DNA of 62,933 nucleotides, filler included, from Nemertoderma westbladi (GCA_032718475.1; 3 parts of 3 records of this genome joined end to end with filler, not necessarily neighbours in it); one strand, 5' to 3'; counted from the first letter of the whole stretch, positions 37,708-52,688 are shown. Program-made: numbers and translations. The notes: generated by a model not told the origin, from the letters alone.

Positions 37708-38299
37708 TTAAACGAACCTGCCCCTCAAACCAGACTCAAACCAGTACCCTGAGTGAATGAAAACAAATGGAAACACGAAAATTGCCATCAACTCAACGAT
37801 AGAAACACCAGCTGCTGGTACTCATGTGGGCCTAGTAAGCTACTACTATTTATTGAATGGATAGCCCAAACTGCAGAGAAGTATATTACTTGCAAAATTT
37901 ATTACTATCTCACTCTAACCCAGACAGTAATCAAACATCAACTGTAAGTTTGTATAATGTATTACCCCACCAGCTCTTCCCAGTGAATCCTATGACAATA
38001 ATCTATAAGGTTACTCACTGCTATGTTACTGTAGATGGGAGGCCAGGTAATTGAATTGTAAGCACTGGGCCGTTTAAATGGTTTATAGGTTGATGATAAT
38101 GAATGATGAAGGACCCAACTACACTACGTTTGTCTATGAACGGTCTCCTTATAGCCAGCTGGCTGGCTTTTCTAGTTGAATCATTAGTCAACACTCCTTT
38201 ATTACATCATATTATAACTATTTGTTGCACGTGAAGTGAGATAAAACATAATTAGTGGAGGGAGAAAAACCACCCAGGCGTATCAGCGCTTACGGGGGT

Positions 38300-39377
38300 T
38301 AATAAAAAACAAAATTTAAAATCACTAAACATTAAAATTTACATCAGCTTAAAAAAAAAATTAAAAAGAAATACGAATAAAATGAACTGTACATACCGTA
38401 GAACCCAGAAACGTTTATTACGAGCGACCGATTAGTGGTCGATTAAATTTGCATATTGGTAGGAAATCGTGGTTCTTGAGCTTGGTCGCAAAACTGACAA
38501 GTGTTCTGGAATCTACTATATCTTCTGGCAAATCATTCCAGACTGGCACAACACGGCTGGTAAATGAGTTTTTAGATATAATTAATCTACATCTAGGTAC
38601 ATTTAACTTGTGAGAGTGGCCACGCAGACCCGGACGGTTAGTATAGCTAAATAGCGCACCAAAATCTAAATCAACTAAATTTCTCTCTATACTGAAAAGT
38701 AACTTTAGATCAAAAATATATCGTCGGACTTCCAGCGGTTGTAAATTAAGGTGTTGTATTCTATGTATGTACGGTTTGTAACTAATATTGCAACGGCTAT
38801 ACAATCTACGTGTAAAATATCGCTGGACACTCTCCACAAGATCAATACTGCCTAATGAAAAAGGCGACCATACTGGTGTACAGTATTCTAGAATCGGTCT
38901 AACGTATGATTTATAGGCTGTTAATATTGCACCTTTATTGCTAGTCTTAAAGCAACGAAATATCATATTAGTTATGTTAAAAGCCTTTGTACACTGTTGT
39001 TTACAGTATTTATCAAACTTCAAATCCGCAGATATAATAATACCTAAATCTTTACATTTCGTCACCTTCTTTATCACTTTATTGCCTAGCACATAATTGT
39101 AATTATTATTATTTGCACCTATATGTAGAACCATACATTTATCCGGGGCTATATTTAGCTGCCAAAGGTTGGCCCAGGTCTCTAACCTAGAGAGGCTAGC
39201 GTTCAGACTATGACTTTCATTGGACGGACCATATAGCTTGACATCATCGGCAAATAAACGGCAGGACACGTTATCCCTGTCCAAAAGCGGTGGTAAGTCG
39301 TTTATGTATATCAGGAACAAAACCGGTCCGAGGACACTGCCCTGTATTGTTCCGTATTGTATCATATTATTATGCAA
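38300..39377 (-). mobile_element. 5'-truncated CR1-like LINE, RT C-terminal half plus 3' UTR
   Basis: 319-aa open frame with QGSVLGPVLFLIYINDL, LFADDVKL, KDLGI, YVRPILEY, ESVQR, LRGH, WNDLP. Confidence 0.92.
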
Positions 39378-40634
39378 CCAAATAATTTACTCTTTTAGAC
39401 GAATTTGTGCGTTTTTTGCCGGACTAACAAATTTTGGCGACGTTCTGTGCGAGATTGGCGATATTTGAAAAGATTCTGAGTCTCAAATATGTTGCCCAGA
39501 TGACTGAATATCTCAAATAAAAAGTTGGTGCATACTTGACGAGTTGAAAACGGTGAAATTCGACTTTAAATTTTCAAAACCGCTATTTTTCAGTGACCCC
39601 GTGATCGAAACGCCACAAAAAATATACAGTCTTGTGCGCAACCAAAATTTATGTAAAGTTTGTTATTAAAATTTTTGCGTACCTGCTTGAGTTTTTGAGA
39701 TATTGGATGGTAATACATATATACACACACACACATAACCACATCATGTTTTTGAACGGCTCAACTCTTGACAAGAACTACCCTGGCCTATTAATAGGCA
39801 GGTTCGTTATAACTCACACGATATCATTTTCTCTCATTTGAATACATTAAACGGCTGGCTATATCGTGTTAGGTTTAAGTTTAGGCCTTCACCAAAGATT
39901 TCGCATGGTAGGCCTATGGTTCTACACCCAGACGACGAGCCATCCAAAACATCCTTCAAAGGGGAACTTCCTGATCTCGCAGCAGGTTATGAAAAACTAA
40001 ATTTATTAGATTACAGCCCCCGTGGACGGATTACTACGGATTACTTTACGTTTTGTGCCCCATCTAACGCAAAATATATTAAATACGAGTTAGAATGGAT
40101 TACGCTATGGTAGGGAAAAGGAAGCTGAGAGGAAAAGGATGTAGCAGAAAAGCCATAGACTGAAGGTTGCTTCAACCTGGGTGGGGGGTTGGTAACAACT
40201 AGGGTGACTAGGGTATTATAATAAGAATGTACAATGCAATATTTAATCGCACTTAGTAATAGCACCCGGATCTCATGGTCAGCTATACACTTTCCTAAAT
40301 CTTTAATGAGGTATCACAGCTCTTCCATATCCTGGACAACTTGTGGATAATAAAATAAATAAATAAATATTTCTAAGTCTCGTAAGTTAGAAATAATTTT
40401 ATTTATTTATTTGTTTATTTATTTGTTTATTTACTTTGTCATATGCGCTAGGAAATAGTCCTTTATATTTATTTATAAAGAACATTTAAAGTTTATCCCC
40501 CCTGACTTTAATAATACACATATTTACAAAAGAGAATCAATAGCTTGATAATCAAGTCAGACAGGCCTACAGGCTTATGGTGTTCGACGTAGGGTTTACC
40601 GCCCCTTTCGTAGTGAGGAACAGTATGTGCACAA

Positions 40635-40800
40635 TATTGTGCTTTGGCATCCTCAAGGAGAAAAGAAGCACGGTGGACATTCCTTAATTTCTTGAGACTC
40701 CTTTTAATGGACACTGGCTTAGAAGATGCGGATGATCTAGCAAACGTAATGGGTGATAGGGAGGTTTGGAGGCGCCATATGTCAACAATCCGGCATAGCA
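40635..40800 (+). mobile_element. RTE-like LINE 3' fragment
   Basis: LLMDTGLEDADDLANVMGDREVWR resembles the RTE ORF2 terminal DR..W motif. Confidence 0.55.
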
Positions 40801-41136
40801 TTCTAAATTCTAGTGATGCATTGCAGCATGTCGATTTGGGATTGCATGGTGGCAGCGCAATCCAATTTGTTCGATTAAGAAACGTAATTATGTTGCTATA
40901 ATGAATTCTGGTATTTTGTTACACAACTGTTAATGTGGTAAGAAAAACGATGGCAGATATCAATAATTGTGGAAACCTTAGGGCCTACCATTGCAATTAT
41001 AAAGCAATTAAGTTGAATCGAAAAAAATTTTACAATCTAATTCTTACTCCTTCATCAGCTAAAATTATGCAATAATATCTCAACTATAATTCAACCTTTT
41101 TTTCTTTGGCATCTCAATATTTACACTACTATATAT

Positions 41137-42946
41137 ATGGAATATTTCTACCACAATCTACAAGCTGCTGATGGAGTGGATCAGCATGCATTCTTAACAT
41201 TCCTGGGAGACTTTAACGCAAGTCTGTATCAATCACCTACATCGCCCTGGGTCTATAGTGGTAGTGTTAACCGAAATTCGGTCTATCTTCAGGATTTCAT
41301 CTCAGGAAATGTATTGTTTTTGGCTGGAACCCAGTTCAAGAAGCGAACTGGAAAACTATGGCCTCATAGTGGACCCAGTGGTCACAAGTCCCAGATAGAC
41401 CATATTCTGTTTCGTAGGCAATATAGGAGCGTAAAGAAGTGTAAATGCATTACTGACTTGTATAGAGCTCCTGTATTGCCTACGAAACAGAATATGGTCT
41501 ATCTGGGACTTGTGACCACTAGGTCCACTAGGAGTCCATAGCTTACCAGTTCGCTTCTTGAACTGGGTTCCAGCCGAAAACAATCCATTTCCAGAGATAA
41601 AATCCTGAAGATGGACAGAATTTCGGTTAACACTATTGCTATAGACCCAGGGCGATGTAGGTGATTGATACAGACTTGCATTAAAGTCTCCCAGGAATGT
41701 TAAGAATGCATGCTGATCCACTCCATCAGCAGCTTGTAGATTGTGGTAGAAATTTTCCACCTCCTCTACAGGGGCAAAACTAGTTGGAGAATAGCACACA
41801 ATCAGAACCACCTAGGAAACTTCTGAACCAGTCTTACAGAACATGAGAAGTGGCAACGGATGATGCAGTTAGAGATTTGGTAAACCCTCGAAAAAGGAAA
41901 AAGGCCCCCTGGACTGACCACAAAATTCGGAAGTTCCGAAATGACCTCTATAAGGCGCTAAAAGAGTCCCGACTCAAACATACTACAGCGGCCAAGAATG
42001 CAGTTAAGGCTGCATCTAGGTCCCTGAACAGGCAGTGCTCTGATATTCTACAGGAACTTATAAACCAGCAGGTTGATGCCAACAATGATGCTGACAACTG
42101 CAGGCAATCATCCCAGGCATAGAAATGCTGACTTGCTGACTGGGCACAAAAGCCAACCAACCACCAAGGTTATGGCTGAATCACCCGCCGATCGCCTCGA
42201 TGTTTGGAAGGCCCACTTTGAAAACCTCCTCAATAATGACAGGGTATTGCCTGATAACTTTATAGAAGTAAAATTATCCGAGTCTGTACTCCCAGATATT
42301 CCCATAGGCGATATCTCCATTGCAGAAGTGAAGGCTGCTGCAAAGAGCATCAAGACCAATCCCGCCAGTGGAGTAGATGGTGTCCCCCCCTGAGGTCTTT
42401 AAAATAACTGAGTGTTTGGAACTAATTTATTCCATAATAGTAGACAATAATAATAGACATGTACAGAACGACAAGAGCCCACAACAAATGAAAAGAAATA
42501 AGTTGGTGCCAGTTCCCAATAAGGGCAACTTAACACTCTATGGTTCTTTTCGGAGAATCTCATTCATCTCGATTGCTGCAAAGCTATGCAATAGAATTCT
42601 ATTAAATCGCATCAGGGATCCAATTGAGAGACTGCTACTTGAAAATCACAATGGGTTCCGTAAAGATCGTTGGACCATGGAGCCCGTTTTGGCAAAAGGA
42701 TATTTGAAGAGTTAACAACGTATGTTCAGCATACTTTCATTATATGGGATTCCTGATGAAATTATTGCAGCAATCCGATCAGTATACGATGGTTCGACAA
42801 CATTTGTGTCTACTGTTGATGCTGACACAGAACCATTTGAAGTGTTATGGGGAGTCCTCCGGGGAAACACACTTGCACCATTCTTATTCATAATTGCTGT
42901 TGTACATGTTCTATGCATGGCCTTAGATCATCATAATGATGATTAA
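41137..42946 (+). mobile_element. Rearranged RTE-like LINE: APE fragment duplicated in inverted orientation, followed by a frameshifted RT
   Basis: LGDFNA and SQIDHILF on both strands (41137-41435 +, 41450-41811 -). Then WKAHFENLLN, GVDG, PVPNKG, RILLNRI, GFRK, GVLRGNTLAPFLF. Another APE fragment lies at 49530-49765. Confidence 0.85.
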
Positions 42947-43420
42947 ATCTACCCTGGCGCAGGGTAACACTCACTCCTGGGCCTTTATTAATTCTACCCT
43001 TAAATAAAGTTTATAGTACTAAAAATACTTAATACAAATAAAATATAAAACGCAAATATATAACAATATAAATTTATGTATAGATAATTAATATAACAAA
43101 TAATGCAAAAAAAATTGCAGTCGGCCTTATGTGCTTTTTACTCATTCGGCACTTCTAACACATCCTAGACTATCCAATTCCATCATGTCCTACCCTATCC
43201 TAACCTACCCTACCCTATCCTAACCCTATGTTCATTAGAACAAGATGCTTCTAGTGTTGGTCTTTTTGTTAACTCAAAAAAGACCAAAATTTTGAGATCA
43301 AAAAGACCAAAATTTAATTTTTAAGTTCCACAGCAAATCTCTGATCGGATGAGCATAACCTCAAAGGATTGTACGCTTGAGCATGTGTACGAATTCTGTT
43401 GCCTGGGATCGGAGTTAGGA

Positions 43421-43732
43421 GGATGTTACTAAAAAGTGCACACAGTCAAACACAAGCGAGAGGAGGCACACAGGCCCACACACATACCAAAAGATTTATT
43501 TAAGCCTCAAACACAGTCGCGAAATTAATTATCTCGCTCAGTTACATCATTTGAACATAAATTTAGGAAAAATTAGCTTTGCTAGGTTGCTTAATTAAGT
43601 CTAATTGAATTTACATAAATACATTTTTGATGTGTGTGTGGGCCTGTGTGCCTCCTCCCGCCTGTGTGCCTCCTCCCGCCTGTGTGCCTCCTCCCGCTTG
43701 TGTTTGTCTGTGTGTCTATTTTAGTAACATCC
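43421..43732. mobile_element. MULE-like MITE, ~65-bp TIRs, 9-bp TSD
   Basis: GGATGTTACTAAAA...TTTTAGTAACATCC, flanked by GAGTTAGGA and GAGTTAGAA (one mismatch). Confidence 0.75.
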
Positions 43733-46345
43733 GAGTTAGAACAATTGCGAACCAAATAATTTTTTTTCTAAAATCATGGGTCGCAATTGTCCGGATCCAG
43801 ATAAAAAAAAACGATGTGATGTAAATCATAGATCATTATAACCATAGAGTTCAAAATATTTATATCAATAGCTAGTAAAAAAATAAAATTATTAAATAAA
43901 ATTATCCAAAACAAACAAGAGTAAAAGCAATAAATAATGTATAAACAATGTTAACAATATTCGCACAGTAGGCGATGCTAATTTTTAGAGCAACACATAA
44001 AACAATTAATTTAATTGTAAGCATTTAATAAGCCAGCCTGCTTTATGAAATGATTGGCTGAATTTAATCGTGATTCTTTAGAATATATTAGCTAAATAAT
44101 TTCGTTGAGGTGTTGACATGATAAATTCATATTTCAGTATCAATACTATCGGCATATGGTAAATTTTAATAATTTTTACAAATTGGGTTGCCTCCACACG
44201 TAAAAATATATTACTATTAAATCACTAATTTCCTGTTAATATCTCTGCCTTTCATTAATCCTCTGTGCTCCTTTAGGTTGGGGTGGTGCAGATTAAGAGG
44301 GCGGTTTAAGCGAGGGGGGGGGGGGGGGGGGGGGGGGTGAAGGGGAACTTTCCTCTCTTCTTTGATTTATTCTTATTGGTGGTTTGGTTAAATTTCTTAT
44401 TTATTTATTGAAATTTCTTAAGTACCGATTTTGGGATAGAATTTCTCAATTTTAATCTTTATCTGATAACTGAGCCTCGTCCTCCGCGAAGGCCCCACGA
44501 ACGTGTCTGTCATGTCGTATGGGTGGTCTTGGGTTCTCTTCTATTACATAAACGGCCCCTGGTAACTTAACCTGACAACATATACTGTACTTCAACTAAG
44601 TCAAGCATTACTGGTGACGTGCATGATGGGTTCCTAAATTCGTTCCACTTTAAATTGAAGTCGCATTTGTAGTTCAGTGGGGCAATTTAGCCCTACAGAA
44701 TAATTTATTCCATTATTCCCAGCTTCCAACCCGTTATTCCTATAGGTTCTAACCATGGAATACTAAATATACGCATATATGTATTCGTTTAGTATTCCAT
44801 ATTCAAACCAATTATTCCTTCTGGACATTAGCCATCTTTATATTCAAACATTTTCCTTATAGTATATTCAGAGAGATATAATATATACTCCCAATCTGGT
44901 ATAAGAAGCCGTGGGTCAACAGCGAAACATATTACAGTTGGTGTTATCAGTAGGCATAAAAAGTTAATTATACAACTGCAAGTAGTAATATTTCCAAGAG
45001 GGTAAACGCGAAGAAAGTAAGAGGGCATAGAAATTAGCTCATATGGCGGCGGTATACAGCAGTAGTATACTTATTGTAAGATAAACAGGAGCCATTAATG
45101 CAATAAATACAAACATTATCAATTTTATCTATCAATAAATCAATGCAAATTACTAAAAACGAAATTACGTATTTTGCGATTTCGACATTAAGGCTATTCC
45201 TCAATTGGTTAACCTATTTGTAACTCGCTTCAGATTGTAATACAGCGGTAATTAAGATAGATTTCGTGGAATCTCCTCCCACATGTTTTACTGAAACTCC
45301 TTTCCGGTTGAGTAACATAAGGACTGCACGAGTTCCTTAATTATCCCGAAAGATCAATACGGCCTAATGAATCGAAAGACGGAAAACGGAAGGGCCACAG
45401 AGCCTTCGTTGAATCAATTAGAGCAAAGCATTTATCCCAGTCAAATAAACCAATATTTGCTGTCTGTATCGAATGCGAGGAAAAGCTCTCATTCTGAGAC
45501 AGGGGGGGAAACTGGACGCAAAACCCGCCTTGGCGAATTAATATCCCGCCTCATTGTTAAATTCTCAATTTAGGGAAAGGAGCAGGTTACAGTGGCACGT
45601 TATTTTAACCAAAACAATAAACTAAACACAATAGAACAGGTTACAGTTTTATTTTTGAGAGTAATCATCTGTTATTTGCGTCCAATTTCCCCTGGATAGG
45701 GATGAATTTTAATTGCGTCCAGTTTCCCCCCCTATCTGCTCATTCTGGGTGCCTCTCGGTGGTACAGTACTAAGTACCATTCGTCACGTTTCTGTCGTTA
45801 GATAGCGCTCTTACATTAACCACAGCGGGTTAATTATTTACCACAATAAATCACCCCTTATAGTCCTACTCATACACATGCTATCCATAATAAAGATCCA
45901 TAAATAAGGCTTATATTTTCTGTGTTTATTGTCGGATCAGTGTTCAGAGGCAAATGTGTCATTATCGAAAAACATTTCCAAATGACACATTTTATGACAA
46001 TTTTCACATTTTTAAGTAACAAAAAATGTTTAAATTGACATTGACATCATTAGCACTTGAGGTTACGGATGAATTTTAGGTTGCGGCTTGACGAATGTAC
46101 CGTGTAGTAGTTCATAAAACAATTCCATCAGTTAAACATCACAATTGTTTGAAAAGTTTGCAGTTATGTGAACAACACCAATTGTGCGCATTAATTATTA
46201 TTACGCCAAGCACATCCATATAATTATGCCACATTGTACGTACAGTGCTGCCCTCATATGGCAGAACATCCTATCTCCTAAAACATCATTTTGAGTAAAT
46301 TGATGAAACGTAAAACAGCGTGGCAAAAGGTACTAATTTATTTAA

Positions 46346-47718
46346 CCCTATGAAACCCGGGGGGGGGGGGGGGGGTGGGGGCGTCAATATGACCCCCCCC
46401 CCCCCCCGCGGTTTTTTTATTATAATTCTAAAACAAACGCAGTTGGAAATCTGAAATTTTATGACTTTTCCTAAAAATCTATTGTCTTCCTAGTAGTGAA
46501 AACCGTTTTCAAAAATATTGGGTAGTTATCGAATTATAACACCAATTTTTAACCCTCTTTTGGCACTTTTTTTGAGACGTTTTTTGAAAATTACATTTCA
46601 TTAAATATTAATTGTAACATCTCTATTTTTGATTTACACCGGTTTTTTGGTGTTCGCAATTGGATGGAATTCATATAAATTTATTTAGAAATTTCAAACT
46701 TGTTTTTTTCGGCGGGTGCCAAATTTTGGTGCTAGCACGTAATTTTGAAAATCCATTTAATAGATAAAATTGCTTTTGACAATTTATTTCTTGCGTTTTA
46801 GAGGTTTATGGCTGTTCTGAATTCAATGGAATATATAATTATCGAACTAGACATCTCAAACTTATATTTTTCGGAAGTGGGTGTAAAATGTGGTGCTAGC
46901 ACCAAATTTTGATAACCATCAAATATATCAATTGATTGTGTCACCTTGTTTCTTGCGTTATACGGGTTTGTTAGGGTTCTGAATTCAATGGAATCAGTAA
47001 AAATATCATAAAAGTTTTCAAACTTGTATTTTTCGCCGGTGGGTGAGAATTGATTGTGCCAGCACCAAATTTTGGAAAATTAGTAAATTTGATCAGTAGA
47101 TAGTATCATCTTGTTTCTTGCGTTATACGGGTTTATGATGGTCCTGAATCCGATGGAATCAATAAAAACAGCACTGGAAATCGCAAACTTGTACTTTTTG
47201 GTGATGGGTACGAAATTTGGTGCTAGCACTAAAATTTGCCAAATTACGCCGAAAAATACAAGTAGCAATGATCTGGCATATTAGAAATGTATAAGTGAAT
47301 TAAAAATTTTGTGTTCTAACTGAAAAGTGCTGGTTACTTGTTTTTTTTCATTTTTTTCCTACGCAGAGAGGACTAAACAACCATTTATGGTAATCATATC
47401 ATTTTAAATATTTTCCAGTGTATTTTGCGCCCCAGAAAACCTGTATTGAAAAACAATTAGCCGAAAAATGTAACTTTCAAATTTTGTGAAAATTGTGCAC
47501 TACTTGTAATTTTGGTGCTGTAATATAACCACCCCAGAACATTTTTCGAATTTTTTTTGGTCGGATCCAGACTAGTGATACCTACGTACAAACAAAAAAT
47601 CAGACGTTTTCGTTAATATTTGTAGCTTTTAGAGGGAGGGGGGGGGGGGGGTCAATATGACCCCCCCCCCCCCCCCCCCGGCATTTGTACAGCAATTTAT
47701 AACCCGGTACTAATAGGG
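46346..47718 (+). mobile_element. piggyBac-like non-autonomous element
   Basis: TTAA|CCCTAT...ATAGGG|TTAA. Internal degenerate repeats each contain TGGTGCTAGCAC. Subterminal G-run/C-run hairpins. Confidence 0.88.
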
Positions 47719-47891
47719 TTAAGGGCGGTACATATTGATGTTAAAATGTAGTTTATTTCATCAAAATGGTTGCAAATATATAACAATTACAATATGATTG
47801 AATTCATTCGAAGAAAAATGAGGTTGAAAATGGAAAAGTCAGTAATAAGTCAATTTGCCATTGAAAAAATATCTGTAGGACATTTTGCCTA

Positions 47892-48035
47892 ATAGTCAGG
47901 TGGCTTAGGGGAAAAATCACGACAAAGGTGAGGGAAGCACCATTTTTTCACTATATATGTAAAATTTTACGTAGAATCCATTTCGAAGGGTATCCAAAGC
48001 TGTAGTTGAGTGGATGACATTGATATCGATGGGTT
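47892..48035. repeat. Dispersed repeat or possible TIR, inverted partner at 54255-54428
   Basis: ATAGTCAGGTGGCTTAGGG...GTAGAATCCATTTCGAAGGGTATCCAAAGCTG is mirrored at 54255-54428. Confidence 0.75.
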
Positions 48036-48595
48036 GAGTGAACTTAAAATTATAATTTTTTCTTACATGAAACAATTTTTGGTAATAACGTACAACAAGG
48101 ACTTAGGAATTAAAATTTTTTATATTTAACTCGTAGATGATATTGCCGAACTGTGAGAAGTATTTGAAGTACGACATTAAAACACTTCCATTCACAGTCA
48201 AATCTTGATATTATTTCTTAAAACTTGGAGCATTACGTTGTTCAATCTATTATTGATTAATTTCGTTAACAAACATTTTATAAATAATGAAGACTTCCTT
48301 GTTTAATATTATAAAATACATTCGTTGTAAAGAACATCATCAACGAAATTAGAGACTTTTATCATGAACGTGGAAAATTTTAAGTAAAAAGTCAATCTTT
48401 CACATAGTAACTATGTTCTAGAAATGTTATAGCTAACTGTAAATACGATACATGTATTATTTCTCAAATAACAACACCATGCACTTGAATGTTGTTGTCT
48501 TATTTCAGTAGTTATTACTGTGCCAAGAGGTTTTATGTTCCAGAATAAACATTTGACCTTCTGATAGCAAGATGGTAGCTAGTAATTTTGTGATA

Positions 48596-49278
48596 TTGGT
48601 ACTAATAGTATGTATAACCAGTACTAGTACAATATGTATGTAGGCCTATGTATACAGCACATTTGTGTCTATTTATTGGGTTTTATGGCATTTTATTATG
48701 TTCTAGAACATTGGTGAATGTTCTAGAACCTCAGTATAAATATTCTATTGTAGCTCGTTTTTTTACTACCTTTTTTTGCTACTATTTTTTGAAAATTAAA
48801 AAATATTATATTGTTTTATATATAGTGTTTTTTTTTATATTGGTGAATGTTCTAGAACCTTAATATATATTTTTTATGGTTGCTAGTGTGTTTTTTTACT
48901 AGCTAGTATTTTTGAAAAAAAATGATACATATTTCCAGATAATATATTTCGAATTCTAATTGTTTTAACAAATGTTTTTTATATATAATTTCAACATATA
49001 CCTTCCTAACTAGTAAAAAAAAAAACGAAAAAAACACATTTTAATACAAGCTACCTTGATAAATTTTATCTGCTAATGTTCTAGAGCACTTACCAATTAC
49101 AAAAATCCGAAAAAAAATTAATATTTTTAAAATTTCAAAAAATACTAGCTATTAAAAAAACACTAGCTACCTTAAAAAATTGTCGAGTAATGTTCCAGAA
49201 CATTCACCAATATCAATAAAGACAACAATACATATATACATACTATACTAATACCGGTTATACATATACTAGTACCGT
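48596..49278. mobile_element. Degenerate AT-rich palindromic MITE
   Basis: TTGGTGAATGTTCTAGAAC vs GTTCCAGAACATTCACCAA, and GCTAGTGTGTTTTTTTACTAGCTAGTATTTTTGAAA vs TTTCAAAAAATACTAGCTATTAAAAAAACACTAGC. Confidence 0.55.
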
Positions 49279-51106
49279 GATATTTCAGGCAGCTAGAGTT
49301 TTAATGTTTAGCTAGAAGTTTTGAAAAATATTATTATTTATTATTACCATTATTATTATTATTGATTATTATCACCCCACATATGGCGAAAATTTTACAC
49401 AAGGACATAAAGAATTGACCACTCACGCTTTCAGAATAACGTCACACCTGAAAAGCGAGCAGATAACAGAAAGAGTGGTAAAACCGGGAAATTCCTCTCC
49501 CTCGAAGTTGTGATTCCGGCCTCCAGCTAATGATGGAGTGCATCAGCATGCATTCTTACCATTCCTGGGAGACTTTAATGCATGTCTGCATCTCCTACAT
49601 CGCCCTAGGTCTATAGTGATACTGTTAATCAAAATTGCGTCCTTCTTCAGGATTTCATCTCTGGAAATGGATTGTTTCGGCTGGAACCCAGTTCAAGAAG
49701 TGAACTGGAAAGCTACTGTATGGACTCATAGTGGACCTTCCCAGATAGACCATATTCTGTTTAGGAGGATATACATATTTTTTTATTTGATAATTTAAAA
49801 TAAAGTCAGACCCAACATGGACCTGCTGCCATGACCATCACCTGCCTGGCAAGCATTGCGCACAGCGATCACCAAACTACGCTCTACCGATCCATCTTCT
49901 TTAAGGAACAAGGAACACAAAGAACACACAGTTAAAAGGGACTGCCAAACATGCGATGGTTGAGTAATCTGCACATACGTGATTGCGACGAGATACGGTC
50001 CCGACTGAATAATTAGAGGCCAACCCTCCACGAGTCTCAACCCGGAACTTCCACTAGTGGATGGACTGTCTCTTCTTCCGCAACTTCCGATACCTTGGAT
50101 CTCCACCATTTGGGCCATTTACAGACCCCCGAAGAACGTCCCAAAGAGCGAAAAACACCGGTCGACGAAACGCAAAATTCGAACCCAAGGCCAAGAGTCC
50201 AAAGAAGAAACAAAAGAAAAAACGTGATAACTGATAAATCTTTCACGTGCATTATTATACTGCAGTAAATCATAGTTGATCTGATATGAAACTTGTGTAT
50301 AATAGATTTGATATAGTTATATACTGTTTGATATAAAATATTTAAGAAAAAAACGTCATAAATGAAAAGTTAAAATTATTGAAGGGGGGAGGGGGAGGCT
50401 ATCTCAGCTTCATTCCCTGGACGCCAGAAGGGCACGCTACGCCTCTGACGGCAGGGCCTAGAAATAAAGGTGACGGTAGACAGTACTGCTTGGGATGTAA
50501 TAAAATATACTACTGTAGTTAGTGAACGTATGTACAGTAGACTCCCCGAACCTGGTACAATGCGAGGCCTTAAATTAGCGACCTATTCACAGTCTCTCCA
50601 AATATAGACCCATATTACGACCACGGATACCTGCAAAGTGCAGTGTTTGGACTCCTTATGTGGCGGATAATAAACTGTCCAGATAATAAAGCGCTAAACA
50701 GAAGCTTAGACAATTTTGCAATCGCAAGCATATGACGAATGTATTGTAAATAATAGTTATGATCAAGAGAGCTGAAGAAATAATAACTAATCAAACCAAC
50801 ATTCCATTTCTTTGATATGTTATGCGGATTGAAGCTCTCATTCTAATATTTGTTAGATCTTACCGTGAAAGAAATGTTCTACTCTATTTAGAATGTCTAC
50901 AGACCTTAGTTTAGTACATCTATTTTTCGCCTTAGATCATTACAATTACAGTAGGGGATAAGTGTTTATATTCGGGACATGAAGTCCCTACCGCACACAA
51001 CACTCTCACCAATTTCTTGATGGGGATTGGGTTGTACCAAAAACCTTGTGCCGATTTTCAGCACTTTCAGTGGACCAAGTACATGAACAGGAGAACAAAC
51101 TATTAA

Positions 51107-52688
51107 CCCTATTAGTACCGGGCTATAAAATGTTGTACAAATACCGGGGGAGGGTCATATTGACCCCCCCCCCCCCCCCCCTAAAATCTACAAATATTTA
51201 CGAAAACGTCTGATTTTTTGTTTGTACGTAGGTATCACTTGTCTGGATCCGACCGAAAAAAAAAATTTTCGAAAAAATGTACTGGGGTGGTTATATTGCA
51301 CCAAAATTACAAGTAGTACACAATTTTCACCAAATTTGAAGGTTACATTTTCGGCTAGAATTATTTTTCAATACAGGTTTTCTGGGGTGCAAAATACATT
51401 GGAAAATATTAAAAAATGATATGATTACTATAAATGGCTGTTTAGTCCTCTCTGCGTAGGAAAAAAATGAAAAAAACAAGTAACCAGCACTTTTCAGATA
51501 GAACACAAAATTTTTAATTTACTTATACGATGCTATAAATTCACATTTTCAGGTTTTCGAAGGCGCTGATTCTAATGGAATACATTTCTAATATGCCAGA
51601 TCATTGCTACTTGTATTTCTCGGCGTAATTTGGCAAATTTTGGTGCTAGCACCAAATTTCGTACCCATCACCAAAAAGTACAAGTTTGCGATGTCCAGTG
51701 CTGTTTTTAATGATTCCATCGGATTCAGGACCCTCATAAACCCGTATAACGCAAGAAACAAGGTGATACTATCTACTTATCAATTTGCATATTTTCCAAA
51801 ATTTTGTGCTGGCACAACAATTTTCACCCACCGGCGAAAAATACAAGTTTGAGAACTCTTATGAAATTTTTACTGATTCTATTGAATTCAGAACCTTCAC
51901 AAACCCGTATAACGCAAGAAACAAGGTGACACAATCAATTGATATATTTGATGCTTTTCAAAATTTGGTGCTAGCACCACATTTTGCACCCACATCCGAA
52001 AAATACAAGTTTAAAATGTCTAGTTCGATAATTATATTTTCCATTGAATTCAGAACAGCCATAAACCTCTAAAACGCAAGAAATAAATTGTCACAAGCAA
52101 TTCTATCTATTGAATAGATTTTCAAAATTTCGTGCTAGCACTAAAATTTGCACACAGCACCGAAAAATACAAGTTTGATAAGCTTGGTGCAACTCGTATA
52201 TATTTCTTCGAATCCAGAAACCCAAAAAACCCCAATTGCGTAAAAAACAAGTTTCAAACGATCAATTTACAAAATTGACTTATTTCAAAATTTGGTGCTG
52301 GCACCAAAATTTGGCACCCACCGAAAAAAAACAAGTTTGAAATTTCTAAATCAATTTATATGAATTCCATCAAATTTCTAACAACAAAAACCGGTGTAAA
52401 TCAAAAATAGAGATGTTACAATTCATATTTAATTAAATGTAATTTTCAAAAAACGTCTCAAAAAAAGTGCCAAAAGTAGGGTTAAAAAATGGTGCTATAA
52501 CTCGAAAAGTATCCAATATTTTTGAAAACGGTTTTCACTACTAGGAAGACAATAGATTTTTAGGAAAAGTCATAAAATTTCAGATTCCCAACTTCGTTTG
52601 TTTCAGAATTATAATAAAAAAACCACGGGGGGTTCATATTGACACCCCCCCCACCCCCCCCCCCCCCCCCCCCCCGGGTTTAATAGGG
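51107..52688 (-). mobile_element. Longer copy of the piggyBac-like element, opposite orientation
   Basis: TTAA|CCCTATTAGTACCGGG...TAATAGGG|TTAA. Reverse complement of 46346-47718 with about one extra internal repeat unit. Confidence 0.88.
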
